NCBI GenBank assembly: GCA_050331235.1
Contig: JBHJHA010000063.1
Location: forward strand, 1 to 53,660
Length of the DNA: 53,660 nt
Direction: 5' to 3'
Origin: Leptolyngbyaceae cyanobacterium
GTDB taxonomy: Bacteria > Cyanobacteriota > Cyanobacteriia > Phormidesmidales > Phormidesmidaceae
Shown here: positions 39,457 to 49,953 of the stretch, piece by piece
Layout: every line of letters begins with the position of its first letter
How positions within the stretch are numbered: position 1 is the stretch's first letter
Position numbers and translations under genes: made by a program
Notes under the pieces: model-generated
The model's database searches: none
Told to the model about the DNA's origin: nothing
Seen by the model: only the letters and a program-made list of their open reading frames with translations

Positions 39457-41136
39457 TCACTTAGGCTCACTATGGTAAGGACCCTCTATCAAGTCAGGAT
39501 AAGACGTTTCCCCGACGACTGCCTTGAGGTCAATCTGATCCCATCTAAAGTCGCTGACATCTTTCACCTTTTCGCCTAAGTATTCAGCGTGGCAATAGAG
39601 ACCTTTAACCGGTTGATGCTGGAGATAATCATCCGCCAAAGACGAAAATCGCCCTACAATCGGATTAGAAACCCCTGCCTCAATGCATTTAAATCCCAAA
39701 GCCTCTGAAAAAAGAACCCTCAAGGCCATATCACTAAATTGAAAGAAATGCCAAGGTCTTTCATGGGACGAAAACGAAAAGTGAGTTTCCACAAAAATAT
39801 ATCCACCCACCTTCAACACTTTGGCAATCTCGGTCGCCACAATCCAGGGCATAGCAAAATGTTCAAAGCAGGCACTTGTATAAACCAGATCAAACTTTTC
39901 TTGAGCAGAAAAGTAAGACGAAAGCTGATGGACATCGCCAACCACGTCGACATTTTTTCCAGGCAAGTAATCAAATCCGACGTACTCTGCCTGAGAAAAA
40001 CTATCCCTGGCTCTAGAGGGACGGCAAACTTCTCGACTCCCAATTTCTAGTATGCGCATCCCTGGTTGGTTACCCAAACTGTAGATAAAAGGCCGCCATT
40101 TTTGATGACTCACTAGCTGTGACTGGGGCACATCAGGTGCAATATATTGCGCGTCCGCATTCAGTAGAACTTTCTTGCGTTCAACTGACTGAGTTTGGCT
40201 AGCGATAGGCTCCTGTGCAGAAGGAAATAGCTCTTGCCAATTGAAGCTGCGAACTTTATGCAGCGCTTGCTTAAGAGTTTGTTTGGGTGACTTCAAGTAG
40301 TTCCACACGGTGCGATCGGCGTCAATCCCAGCTTTGACTTCGCCATCAATTTTGCGCAGCATTTCAGACCTGGAAAGCTGACTACCGTTACCCTGTTTAC
40401 CCAAAGTCATAAAAAACTCATAGGCGTCAGTCTCATAAAAATCAATTTCCTTGATATCGATGAGACCTAATTCAAACAGATCGTGAATCAACAATCGAAA
40501 GGAATGAGGAACAAAACACCAGGCATGAACATCCAAGTAAACTTGCTGCTGAACGACCGATTCAATACTTCGATAGGCATCATCCAAAGAGTGAACAAAT
40601 TGATAATCTCCTATGCTCTTTTCAGACCAGGCTAGGCAGGATGATCGAGTGACCACATTTAGCATGTATTCGGCGACAGTTCCTGGTGTATGAATTTTAG
40701 ACCTTTGATAATGACTATCAATAATTTGGGCCAGACTGGTCAGCGATCGATAATGATCAAAGCAATAGCGTTTGTCTGGAATAACAAGAGAAATGACTCC
40801 CTGATCATTCAGAATTTCAGTGCAATCCTTCAAGAAGCTGATTAGATCGGGCACATGCTCAATGAGATGAGAAGCAATAATCCAATCGTAGTAATGAGAC
40901 TTACCAGTTAGGTCAGCATAAGATTGATTCTTCCATACAAAATCGACCGTTTCTATGCGGTTAATATCGATTCCGTGGCCGGCATATTTTTCAACGAGCT
41001 CATCGCGGCTCATATGGTCAATAATCTGAACATTAAAGCCTTCTCTTTTCGGTGCTACAGGATTGTGACTAGGTCCTATCTCAACACCATTACCATCTTT
41101 ATTAATGTGCTTGAGAATTTTCTCTTTTCGATTCAT
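39457..41136 (-). CDS. Tandem SAM-dependent methyltransferase-domain protein (glycan modification likely)
   Basis: Two class I MTase motif sets: GVEIGP...IIASHLIEHVPD and ILEIGSR...ACFEHFAMPW...LKVGG. Confidence 0.8.
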   Translation of the reverse strand: MNRKEKILKHINKDGNGVEIGPSHNPVAPKREGFNVQIIDHMSRDELVEKYAGHGIDINRIETVDFVWKNQSYADLTGKSHYYDWIIASHLIEHVPDLISFLKDCTEILNDQGVISLVIPDKRYCFDHYRSLTSLAQIIDSHYQRSKIHTPGTVAEYMLNVVTRSSCLAWSEKSIGDYQFVHSLDDAYRSIESVVQQQVYLDVHAWCFVPHSFRLLIHDLFELGLIDIKEIDFYETDAYEFFMTLGKQGNGSQLSRSEMLRKIDGEVKAGIDADRTVWNYLKSPKQTLKQALHKVRSFNWQELFPSAQEPIASQTQSVERKKVLLNADAQYIAPDVPQSQLVSHQKWRPFIYSLGNQPGMRILEIGSREVCRPSRARDSFSQAEYVGFDYLPGKNVDVVGDVHQLSSYFSAQEKFDLVYTSACFEHFAMPWIVATEIAKVLKVGGYIFVETHFSFSSHERPWHFFQFSDMALRVLFSEALGFKCIEAGVSNPIVGRFSSLADDYLQHQPVKGLYCHAEYLGEKVKDVSDFRWDQIDLKAVVGETSYPDLIEGPYHSEPK

Positions 41137-41320
41137 ATCTAGCAGCGATTGACGATTTTTTTAAGTCTGTACTCGAGTTTTGCTAGGCGATTCATAACAA
41201 TATTCGGCAACTGGCTCAATCAATGATGCTGGCTGCTCATGCTTCAACTGAGCTAAAAAAGCCGATAATCCTCCGTCCTATTGGAAATTCAGATTTACCT
41301 GGCTCATTCATATCCAAGTT

Positions 41321-42850
41321 TTATTTTGCCGGGATAGCAGGAGATTTTAACTGAACACGGTAAAGATAATAAGTTTCATTTTGCGATCGCTCAAAAGACT
41401 TAATCAAATCAACCGCCAACTCAGGCACAGCGGCTGCGAGGGGGTCGGTCAACACTAACAAAATTGAGGCGTACTGGCTAGATAAGGTGAGGACTTGGCG
41501 CAGAACCTCAGCGTGATCTACGGGCTGGCGATCGCCTTGAAAAAAGAGCGTGTAGCTGCCCAGCGCCTGTCGCTCTGGATAGTAAATTTGTTGCCGCAGG
41601 TAACCACTGAGGGGAGCCAACTCGGCATCTCGACTGCCCACCATGATCGAGTACTCTAAGTCCGCTGAGCGAATATAGGCAGCAGTTGCCCGCCCTGCTG
41701 AGTAGGGCACGGCCCAATCGAATCCGGCACGATAAAGGCCACTGGCCAGATGGACGACCAGCATCACTCCCAACAAGCCGGCAAACCAAGGCCGCGATCG
41801 GGCCTGCCAGGTGGCCAATTGCGGCCATCGACGGGTAATCAGTGGTGAGGCATAGGACTGCTGAGCTAGCCATAGAGCAGCAATCAAAACAAGATAGTAG
41901 TTGCCAAAATGTCGAATGAAGCGGGGCATAAATTTGGCATAGGTAAAGCCTAAGAGTAGTAAATTGGCTGACCAGTAAAAGGCTAGAGCGTAGGGCTGTT
42001 TGACCAATTGCAGACTGGCTAAGATCAAGGTCGCGATCGCAATCAGGCTGCAGACCCCTACGTCTAAAAGGCGATCGCGATTAGGCAACACCACAAAATA
42101 GCCTCCAAATAGGCGCCCAACCGTACTGACCAAACGATCCCAATCAAAGTAAAAGTACGACTCTCCGAGGGCTGTGGTCGCCACCTCACTGGGCGGCAAA
42201 ATAAAATATAGTGCTACACCGCAGCCTAAAATCATCGCGCTAAAGCTGACACCGACGTCGAGCCAGCGGTCATGCCATTTAGCGTGACCGACTATCTCAA
42301 GGGCTAAGGTGACCACCAGCGCGATCGCCATCCACAGAGCGTAGACATTGCTATTAGCCAGCAGCACCACCAGCCCAGCAATGGGCCAGTAGGCTCGCTG
42401 TCGGGCTGGCCAAATCGCGCAGATGGCAAACAGCAGCAGCATGGCAATTCCGTAGTTGCGGGCAATGACCCAATATTCGTAAAAGGGCAGATAGCCAAAA
42501 GTGAATAGCCATTTTTGCCAAAGCGCAAACCGACTCAACCGCCAAAAAAGCACCAGACTGCCTAAACCTATTAGCCAGTGCCAAATCTGCATCGCAATCG
42601 GTGCGTCAAAGAGTGATTGCACGGCGGCCACGGTCAGGTGCCATAGCCCTGGGTGGGCTCGGTCATAGTGAATATTTTCAATCAGGGCTGCTAATGAGGG
42701 GCTATCGCGCGCAATCAACCAAACGTTGATCTCATCGCGCCACATGGGATGCTGCAGCAGCGTAATGAAGCTAAGCACGGCGGCGATCGCGATCGCCGTC
42801 CAGCTAGAACGCCAGCATACATTCCATCCCTTCATCCATTGACGGCTCAC
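41321..42850 (-). CDS. Polytopic membrane protein, GT-C-like glycosyltransferase candidate
   Basis: WRDE motif in first loop, HPGLWH, EYWVIARNY; about 10-11 TM helices. Confidence 0.65.
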   Translation of the reverse strand: MSRQWMKGWNVCWRSSWTAIAIAAVLSFITLLQHPMWRDEINVWLIARDSPSLAALIENIHYDRAHPGLWHLTVAAVQSLFDAPIAMQIWHWLIGLGSLVLFWRLSRFALWQKWLFTFGYLPFYEYWVIARNYGIAMLLLFAICAIWPARQRAYWPIAGLVVLLANSNVYALWMAIALVVTLALEIVGHAKWHDRWLDVGVSFSAMILGCGVALYFILPPSEVATTALGESYFYFDWDRLVSTVGRLFGGYFVVLPNRDRLLDVGVCSLIAIATLILASLQLVKQPYALAFYWSANLLLLGFTYAKFMPRFIRHFGNYYLVLIAALWLAQQSYASPLITRRWPQLATWQARSRPWFAGLLGVMLVVHLASGLYRAGFDWAVPYSAGRATAAYIRSADLEYSIMVGSRDAELAPLSGYLRQQIYYPERQALGSYTLFFQGDRQPVDHAEVLRQVLTLSSQYASILLVLTDPLAAAVPELAVDLIKSFERSQNETYYLYRVQLKSPAIPAK

Positions 42851-43268
42851 GGTTTTTGCCGTCTCCCATGCAGGTATTCGATCATCAAGTTTAGTAGCGG
42901 CTGACCTAAATTTAGTGAGTAAGCTACCACAGATTCCCCGACTGATTGCGAGATGAATGTCCGATCGCTCAACTCAGCGCCACTGTGTACAGGCATTAAA
43001 GTGACAGGCCAAGCATTTGGCGTGAGTCAAGTTGACATGTTACAACCCGATTGGGATGTGCCTATCAATAAGACGAAACTGACGGTGACATTACTCGTCA
43101 GTGCTGAGGGGCGTCAACCTAGTACCGTTGCCTCTGACTCGCGCACTCAATCTGTTTCATTCTTCCTCGGCTTTATTTAACCAGGAACGACTAGCCACAA
43201 GCGAGTTCTCGGTTTTGCCCATTACCGTTCCAGTGACCAGGCGTTACCCTTTCCAGCTTATTTGAACC

Positions 43269-43865
43269 ATGAGTGATTTTGCACCCACAGCCCTAACCGA
43301 ATCTGAGCAACTGGTAGAGCTCCTAAACCAGCGGCAGCAGGTTCCTCAACAAGTTGACGAAATCGATCGCGAAATTTGCCGTCGATTCTCAACAACTTGC
43401 GCAGTCGTAGTGTTAGACATGGCCAATTTTTCTCGCCTGACCCAAGCAGTGGGCATCATTGCGACCCTGCAACAAATTCAAACCATGCGGGATCTGGCCA
43501 TTCCCATCATTGAGCAGGGCAATGGGCGGGTCCTCAAAACCGATGCCGATAACCTCTACGCTCAATTTACCCACGCTGACGCTGCAGTCATTACAATGAC
43601 CTGCGTCAGGCAACATTTACATGACGCAGATATTCACATCAGCGTGGGTATTGGTTATGGTGAGCTGCTCTTGGTGGATACCCACGACCTATTTGGCCAC
43701 GAGATGAATCTAGCCTCTAAATTGGGTGAAGATCTCGCCAAAGACGATGAAATTTGGCTAACTGAGGCAGCCTATCAAGCGTTATCTAAATCTTCCTATG
43801 AATTTATGGCAGCGTCCGAGACGGTTTCCGATGTCACGTTTACCTCATATCGGCTGCTACTTTAG
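43269..43865 (+). CDS. Stand-alone class III nucleotide cyclase domain protein
   Basis: VVVLDMANFS, LKTDADN, VGIGYG, DLFGHEMNLASKL, IWLTEAAY. Confidence 0.85.
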   Translation: MSDFAPTALTESEQLVELLNQRQQVPQQVDEIDREICRRFSTTCAVVVLDMANFSRLTQAVGIIATLQQIQTMRDLAIPIIEQGNGRVLKTDADNLYAQFTHADAAVITMTCVRQHLHDADIHISVGIGYGELLLVDTHDLFGHEMNLASKLGEDLAKDDEIWLTEAAYQALSKSSYEFMAASETVSDVTFTSYRLLL

Positions 43866-43894
43866 GCAAATGCTGCAACCAAGTGCCCTCAGAA

Positions 43895-45622
43895 TTAAGC
43901 TTTAGCGGCTTTGCGAGCTGCAGACTTTTCCTTCTGTTTCTCTTGTTGCTTGCGGCGTTTTTCGGCTTGTTTAGCAGCTTTAGCGGCTTCGGCGACTTTG
44001 CGGCGGGCTGCTTCTTTCTCCGCTTCAACTTTTTCGAGATAGTAGTGATAATCGCCACGGTAGAGGCGCAGTTCCCCCTCACGGATTTCCACAATTTTGT
44101 TGGCCACTTGCGAAATAAAGTAGCGGTCATGGGATACCAGCAAAACGGTACCATCATATTGGCTCAGCGCTGCTTCCAGCGTTTCCTTGGCGGGAATATC
44201 AAGGTGGTTGGTGGGCTCATCCATAATCAAAAGGTTGGCCGGCTGTACCAGCATGGCAGCCATGGCTAGGCGAGCTTTTTCGCCCCCGCAGAGCGCCCCC
44301 ACCAGCTTAAACACCATGTCGCCGCTGAATAAAAATTGTCCCAGCAGCGTCCGGACCTGCTCCATTTTCCAATCGGGGACGATGTCCTGAACTGTATCCA
44401 ACACGGTTTTGTTGAGATCCAGGGCTTCCGCTTGGTTTTGCTCAAAATATTTAGGTAAGACATTGTGCTTACCTAAGCGCACAGTGCCTTCGGTGGGTTC
44501 CTCTCGGCCTAAAATCAGCCGCAACAGCGTTGATTTGCCCGCACCATTGGGGCCTAAAAAAGCCACGCGATCGCCCCGCTCAATCGCCAAATTTGCCCCC
44601 AAAAACAAAATTTTGTCGTCATAGCAGTGGGTGAGATCCTCAATCAGCACCACCTCTTCGCCACTACGGGGCGCAGGGGGAAACTGGAACTTAAGCGTTC
44701 GCACATCGGTTTCTGGCGCTTCGATCAGTTCCACTTTGCTGAGCTGCTTTTCTCGGCTTTTGGCCTGGGTACTGCGGGTAGCGCTCGCCCGAAAGCGTTC
44801 AATATACGCCTGCTGCTGCGCAATATCTTTTTGCTGACGTTCATAAGCACTTTGCTGAGCCAGGCGGCTTTCCGCTTTTTGTTCTAAATACTGGGTGTAG
44901 TTGCCCAGATAGGTCGTTGAGATGCCCCGCTCAGTTTCCACAATCTGGGTGCAGAGTCGGTCTAAAAACTCGCGATCATGAGACACGATTACCATAGGCG
45001 TATTCACACCCTTTAAATAGTCCTCTAGCCACTCAATGGTCTCTAGGTCTAAATGGTTAGTCGGCTCGTCCAACAGCAAAATGTCTGGCTCTTGCAGCAG
45101 TACTTTGCCCAGCCCCATGCGCATCTGCCAGCCACCGCTAAACTCACTCACCAGGCGATCGCCATCCACCGGGGCAAACCCCATCTCGGGTAATATCTTC
45201 TCAATGCGCGAGTCTAAACCGTAGCCATCGAGGGCCTCAAACTTCCGCTGTTGGCGATCAAGTTCATGAATGAGAACGTCGAGCTCATCGGGATCAGCCA
45301 CTTCCATTTGATGGGGAATTTCCATTAGCCGCTGGTGAATGGCATTTGCCTCATGAAAGACCGTCCAAAATTCATCGCGAACGGTGCGCTCTTCTTCAAC
45401 TTCAAATTCTTGATTGAGGTAGCCAATCTTTAAGCTTGCGGGACGAATCACACTACCGCTGGTTGGCTCGACGTCCCCACGAATGATTTTAAGCTGAGTA
45501 GATTTGCCGGCTCCATTGACACCGACTAAACCGATGCGATCGCCAGGTTTGACTTCCCAGTTCACATCCCTGAGCACCTCACCTGTCGGATAAATTTTGC
45601 AGATATTTTCCAGGCGTAGCAT
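43895..45622 (-). CDS. ABC-F family ATP-binding protein (ribosome-associated)
   Basis: Two NBDs (GVNGAGKST, GPNGAGKST; FSGGW and LCGGE; DEPTNHLD x2), YLGNYTQY linker, no TM. Confidence 0.95.
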   Translation of the reverse strand: MLRLENICKIYPTGEVLRDVNWEVKPGDRIGLVGVNGAGKSTQLKIIRGDVEPTSGSVIRPASLKIGYLNQEFEVEEERTVRDEFWTVFHEANAIHQRLMEIPHQMEVADPDELDVLIHELDRQQRKFEALDGYGLDSRIEKILPEMGFAPVDGDRLVSEFSGGWQMRMGLGKVLLQEPDILLLDEPTNHLDLETIEWLEDYLKGVNTPMVIVSHDREFLDRLCTQIVETERGISTTYLGNYTQYLEQKAESRLAQQSAYERQQKDIAQQQAYIERFRASATRSTQAKSREKQLSKVELIEAPETDVRTLKFQFPPAPRSGEEVVLIEDLTHCYDDKILFLGANLAIERGDRVAFLGPNGAGKSTLLRLILGREEPTEGTVRLGKHNVLPKYFEQNQAEALDLNKTVLDTVQDIVPDWKMEQVRTLLGQFLFSGDMVFKLVGALCGGEKARLAMAAMLVQPANLLIMDEPTNHLDIPAKETLEAALSQYDGTVLLVSHDRYFISQVANKIVEIREGELRLYRGDYHYYLEKVEAEKEAARRKVAEAAKAAKQAEKRRKQQEKQKEKSAARKAAKA

Positions 45623-45809
45623 GGTGAAATTTCCAATAACGGGCAGTGACAGGAGACGTAGATTGGTTCATCGGTGTTGGCGCTGGCCACGCTAAAGCCG
45701 ATCAGCACAAACGTCGCGGCAATCTATCTGCCAGTACCTTAACAAATGTTACGGAGCGATCGTACTTTTACACCATCCGACTCGGGATACATCGAGCTAG
45801 GATCGATGA

Positions 45810-46145
45810 ATGGCTATTCAAACCGCTTTAAAGCAGCTTTTAATTTGGAGCATTCAAGGATATCGGCGCGTCATTTCGCCGTTGTTTCCACCTACCTGCC
45901 GATATACGCCGACCTGCTCCCAATATGCCCTTGATGCAATTCACCGATTCGGAGCATTGCAGGGGGGCAGACTCGCACTTTGTCGGATTCTGCGTTGTCA
46001 CCCATTTCACCCGGGCGGATATGATCCCGTTCCCCACGGGCTATGGCAAACTGACCAAACTCGACTACAGGACGTCATCACGCCGTCCCCCGTAACATCC
46101 GGTGAGCGGGGTGAGCCAGAGACCCCAAAGCGGGAACACTACTAA
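45810..46145 (+). CDS. yidD: Membrane protein insertion efficiency factor YidD
   Basis: [19 protein letters not shown]...[17 protein letters not shown]. Confidence 0.95.
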   Translation: MAIQTALKQLLIWSIQGYRRVISPLFPPTCRYTPTCSQYALDAIHRFGALQGGRLALCRILRCHPFHPGGYDPVPHGLWQTDQTRLQDVITPSPVTSGERGEPETPKREHY

Positions 46146-46207
46146 CCAAGCTGCTGAAGTCACTGAATTGTCAACGGCCTGGAGGCCGTGTTCTGAAATG
46201 TCACTGC

Positions 46208-46498
46208 TTGACAACTGCCACAATGGAAATCTTATTTGCGATCGCGATATTAGTCGCTAGCCTTTGGTGGCTTAACCGTAAACGCTCAAAGCGCCGCCGC
46301 TATCCAGTGGCGGCGAGCCGTTCCCGCTCTGGGGTGGCCGTTCCAGAAGGGCTGATGCGCCGCCTTGATCGACTCACCAAAGATCGACGCGTCTCGCAGC
46401 GCCTGATTGAGCGGGTGGAGCTCAACCATCCGGGACGCTCAAAGCGATGGTGTGTTGAAAAAGCGATTTACGATCTTCAACGCGATCGCCGCAGTTAA
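46208..46498 (+). CDS. Small hypothetical membrane-anchored protein
   Basis: N-terminal TM; RLI.....HPGRSKRWCVEKAIYDLQRDR C-terminal motif typical of cyanobacterial hypotheticals. Confidence 0.75.
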   Translation: MTTATMEILFAIAILVASLWWLNRKRSKRRRYPVAASRSRSGVAVPEGLMRRLDRLTKDRRVSQRLIERVELNHPGRSKRWCVEKAIYDLQRDRRS

Positions 46499-46652
46499 TC
46501 TTCTTCCCTGATGCTTCATGGCGAAAAATTACAACTCATGCCGCCATGGATGTATAACAGCCTAATTTGTTACGTTGAAGCATCTGCTTTTCGGTGCATC
46601 TTCCTTGACTTGAGCTTTTGGTTTTTTATTATTCTGTTGATTTTCTTTGCCC

Positions 46653-47390
46653 ATGCCTCGACGACGTGTTTTTATTGGCGACGTTCACGGTCATTACATC
46701 GGTCTGAGACACTTGCTAGATAAGATTGATCTGGCCAGTGGTGATCAGGTCTACTTTGTCGGCGATTTAATTGACCGAGGTCCCCAAAGTGCCAAAGTTG
46801 TCAGCTACGTGCGCGAACAAGGTTTTCCCTGCGTGTTGGGCAACCACGAACAACTCCTGCTCGATGCGTTTGCAAAAACCCGGGAAGCCACTCAAACCCT
46901 TCAAGCTTGGCTATACAGCGGGGGACAATCGACCTTAGCGAGCTATGACCAAGACGTTGATCTGTTATCGGCCCACATGGAATGGTTTCGATCGCTGCCG
47001 CTGTATATCGATCTAGATGATATTTGGCTAGTCCATGCAGGACTCGATCCGGCATTGGCAATTGATGAACAAACAGCCGAAGAGTGCTGCTGGATTCGGG
47101 ATATCTTTCACAGCGCACCCGAGCCATATTTCAAAGACAAGTTGATCATCACCGGCCATACCATCACATTTACGTTCCCCGATATCGAGCCGGGTCAGAT
47201 CGTAGCCGGCCCGGGTTGGTTGGATATTGATACCGGTGCCTATCACCCCAAAAGCGGGTGGCTAACCGCGATCGACATTGATAATGAAGTCGTCCATCAA
47301 TTCAATGTTTTTGAAGCAACCTATCAGCGGCGATCGCTTGAAGACGCCTGTAGCCCTTTCACCCAGGGTCGCCGTCGCCTCACCGTCTAA
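46653..47390 (+). CDS. PPP-family Ser/Thr protein phosphatase (metallophosphoesterase)
   Basis: GDVHG, GDLIDRG, GNHE, VHAG, GHT, IDTGA. Confidence 0.93.
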   Translation: MPRRRVFIGDVHGHYIGLRHLLDKIDLASGDQVYFVGDLIDRGPQSAKVVSYVREQGFPCVLGNHEQLLLDAFAKTREATQTLQAWLYSGGQSTLASYDQDVDLLSAHMEWFRSLPLYIDLDDIWLVHAGLDPALAIDEQTAEECCWIRDIFHSAPEPYFKDKLIITGHTITFTFPDIEPGQIVAGPGWLDIDTGAYHPKSGWLTAIDIDNEVVHQFNVFEATYQRRSLEDACSPFTQGRRRLTV

Positions 47391-47504
47391 CTAGCCCCTT
47401 ACCACAATCATCACACCCAATCTCTCAAGGCCGTAGCTCAAGGCCATAAACTCGGCTCTTAACCCATCCCAATGAGTGATTCAATGCTGCTGCAGCCAGC
47501 TTGA

Positions 47505-49514
47505 TTAGCGATAGCGAGTGTAAGCAGCCGGGGCAATTTCGGCCTGCTTCACAGGGGCTCGATCTAACAGCACATCTCGCAACAACCGAGCAGCCGCCCG
47601 CTGGGTAAGATTACCCACAATCCGTTGACCCATGTCGCGCGTTTCACGCTTGGCCAAAATTCGTGGCAGTTCACGGGCAATCAGCGTCGCATCGAAACCG
47701 TCCGTCTGGCGGAGCAGATCAATAATTCGCACAATACGGTCAAAGTTGCTGTCGCTACTCTCCGCTGCAGTGGTCAGGGTCACTCGTTTGGGATCAGGCT
47801 GCCCCCAGCCCAACCGCTGTTGTACCGTCCTTTGCACGGTGTAAACTACGTTGCTGCCTAAGTTGTCAATTTCTTTCGCCACTTCATCGGCAATGCGATG
47901 ACGGATAAACTCGCCGCGCTTTGAAAACAAAAAGTCAATGGTCTGATCCACCACCTTTTCCATATCGTAATCGCTGCTGTCGCTAGCGTTACGTAGCAGG
48001 TTTTCGAGCCGATTCCAACGAAATTCGCCGTCCCTAAACAGCAAATCCTGTAAAGAAGCGCGTAACTCGGGAGAAGGATCCGTCAGCAAGCGCTTGGCCA
48101 CATAGGGATAGGCTTTGCTCAACACTTTAAATTCCGGATCGACGTTGATCGCAATACCTTCAAGGGTGACCAGTGAGCGAATAATCAACGCGTAGTACGC
48201 CGGCACCCGAAAAGGATATTCATACATCAGCGCCGAGAATTCATCTGTAATGCTTTTAAAGTTCAGCTCTGCAACACTAGCCCCTAAAGCATTATTAAAT
48301 ACTTCAGCGAGAGCCGGTATGATCGGCCGTAAGTCGGTATCTGGCGTCAAAAATTCTAGCTTGACGTAGTCGTTGGCTAGCCCTTCAAAATCGCGATTGA
48401 CCATATGCACCACCGCTTCAATTAGGCCTTAGCGCTGGTAGGGCTTGACCTCGCTCATCATGCCAAAGTCAAGGTAGGCAAGTTTGCCGTCTCGCATTGC
48501 CAGCAAGTTGCCGGGGTGGGCGTCAGCATGGAAGAAACCGTGCTCCAATAGCTGCCGTAAGGAGCACTGCACCCCAATATCAATTAGATGAGTCGCGTCA
48601 ATGCCCTGGGCTTCGAGGGCAGGGAGATTAGTCAGCTTGGTGCCGTCAATCCACTCCATGGTGAGTACCCGGCGCGCGGTGTACTCGGTGTAGATTTTGG
48701 GGACATAAATATCTTTGAGATGACCATACAGTTCCGCAAAGCGTATGGCGTTGCCACCCTCGTGGGTGTAGTCCATCTCTTCGAAGATGCGAGCGCCAAA
48801 CTCGTCCATAATCGCGACTAAGTCACTGCGAATCCGAGAAACATTCTCGGTTGCCCACTTTGCTAACCAGCGCAAAATGTACAGATCGAGCGTAATGCGC
48901 TGCGCTAAGCCAGGGCGCTGCACTTTGACCGCAACGGTCTCACCAGACTTGAGCTTGCCTTTGTAAACCTGACCCAGCGAAGCCGCGGCGACTGGCTGGG
49001 CTGACAGATCATCGTAGATGGCAGCAGGCGCAGCCCCAAGTTCTTCTTCGATATAGCGGAAGGCGACCTCATTCGGAAAGGGAGGTAGCTGATCTTGAAG
49101 CCTGGTGAGCTCATCCAGATAGATGGGGGGCACCAGATCAGGACGGGTCGACAGGGCCTGGCCAATTTTGATGTAGGCAGGTCCCAGGTCAGTCAACAAC
49201 TCACGGAGACGCGTTGCTTGCTGACGCTGCATCTTTTCAGAGGTGCCACCGCGGCCATTCCACCAAACCCGCAGTCCAAAAAATACCATTGGCCAGATCA
49301 CCGTCAAAATCCGCATCGCAACCTGCGGCAAGCGGCGGCGGTAATAAGCATTGATGCCGACTGGGTCGTAGGCCAAATCTTCGAAGGGATCGTAGGAGCG
49401 AGGCGATCGCGCAACGGTGGATTCTGGGGTGGTGGCTGACAGGTCTTCGGTCTGCTCGACCGTCTCAGCTGCCGCTAGAGTTGACGTGTCGGGTGAAGGA
49501 ATTGTCTGGGTCAC
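47505..49514 (-). pseudogene. ABC1/AarF (UbiB) kinase interrupted by a single in-frame TAA (possible sequencing error)
   Basis: LGPAYIKIGQ, AAASLGQVY, VAVKVQRP, HADAHPGN, LDFGMM; ...PYQR*(TAA 48429-31)GLIEAVVHMVNRD continues in frame; start GTG 49514 with GAGG RBS. Confidence 0.85.
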
Positions 49515-49953
49515 CGTCGCTGCCTCATGTCTTGTGCCTTTGTTAACTATTGTAATGAGTATCCGACTCAAAGGTCGGTAGTAAATGCCGTCGATTTCGT
49601 AGAATGGTTGGTATGTACTTCTTTTGGAGCCGATTGCCCCGACTTCACATCGCGAACCATGGCCCAGCGACTTCATCAGGAAACTTAGAAATCCATGTCA
49701 TAGTGTTTTGAGTTGCTCAAACTCTAAAATGGCAATTTGAGTAGCCCATCATGCGATCGCGCGCCTCTGCCTATTTCCTCCGAACCGTTCATATTTCGCT
49801 TAAAATCCCTATCTGCCCGTTCCGTTATAGATAGCTATCGATGGATCAGCTAGCAGGCAAGTTGTGAGGCGCGGTCCGGCAACAGCCACTCATCAAAATG
49901 GCAACATTCCTTAATTCGGGTTCCGACTCTTATCTAGATTGTGCAAATCGCCT

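Noticed and set aside
42860..43260. Possible structured ncRNA (CTGACG...CGTCAG hairpin near 43080-43101)
   Set aside because: Single modest hairpin with no family signature; insufficient support.
43269..43865. Pycsar/CBASS-type defence cyclase
   Set aside because: No adjacent effector gene (TM or TIR with cNMP-binding domain); neighbours are housekeeping genes.
11937..48431. Stop-codon reassignment (TAA/TAG to Tyr)
   Set aside because: Many intact genes here end normally in TAA or TAG (AKR, clpB, wecB, yidD), and no suppressor tRNA is present in the window.
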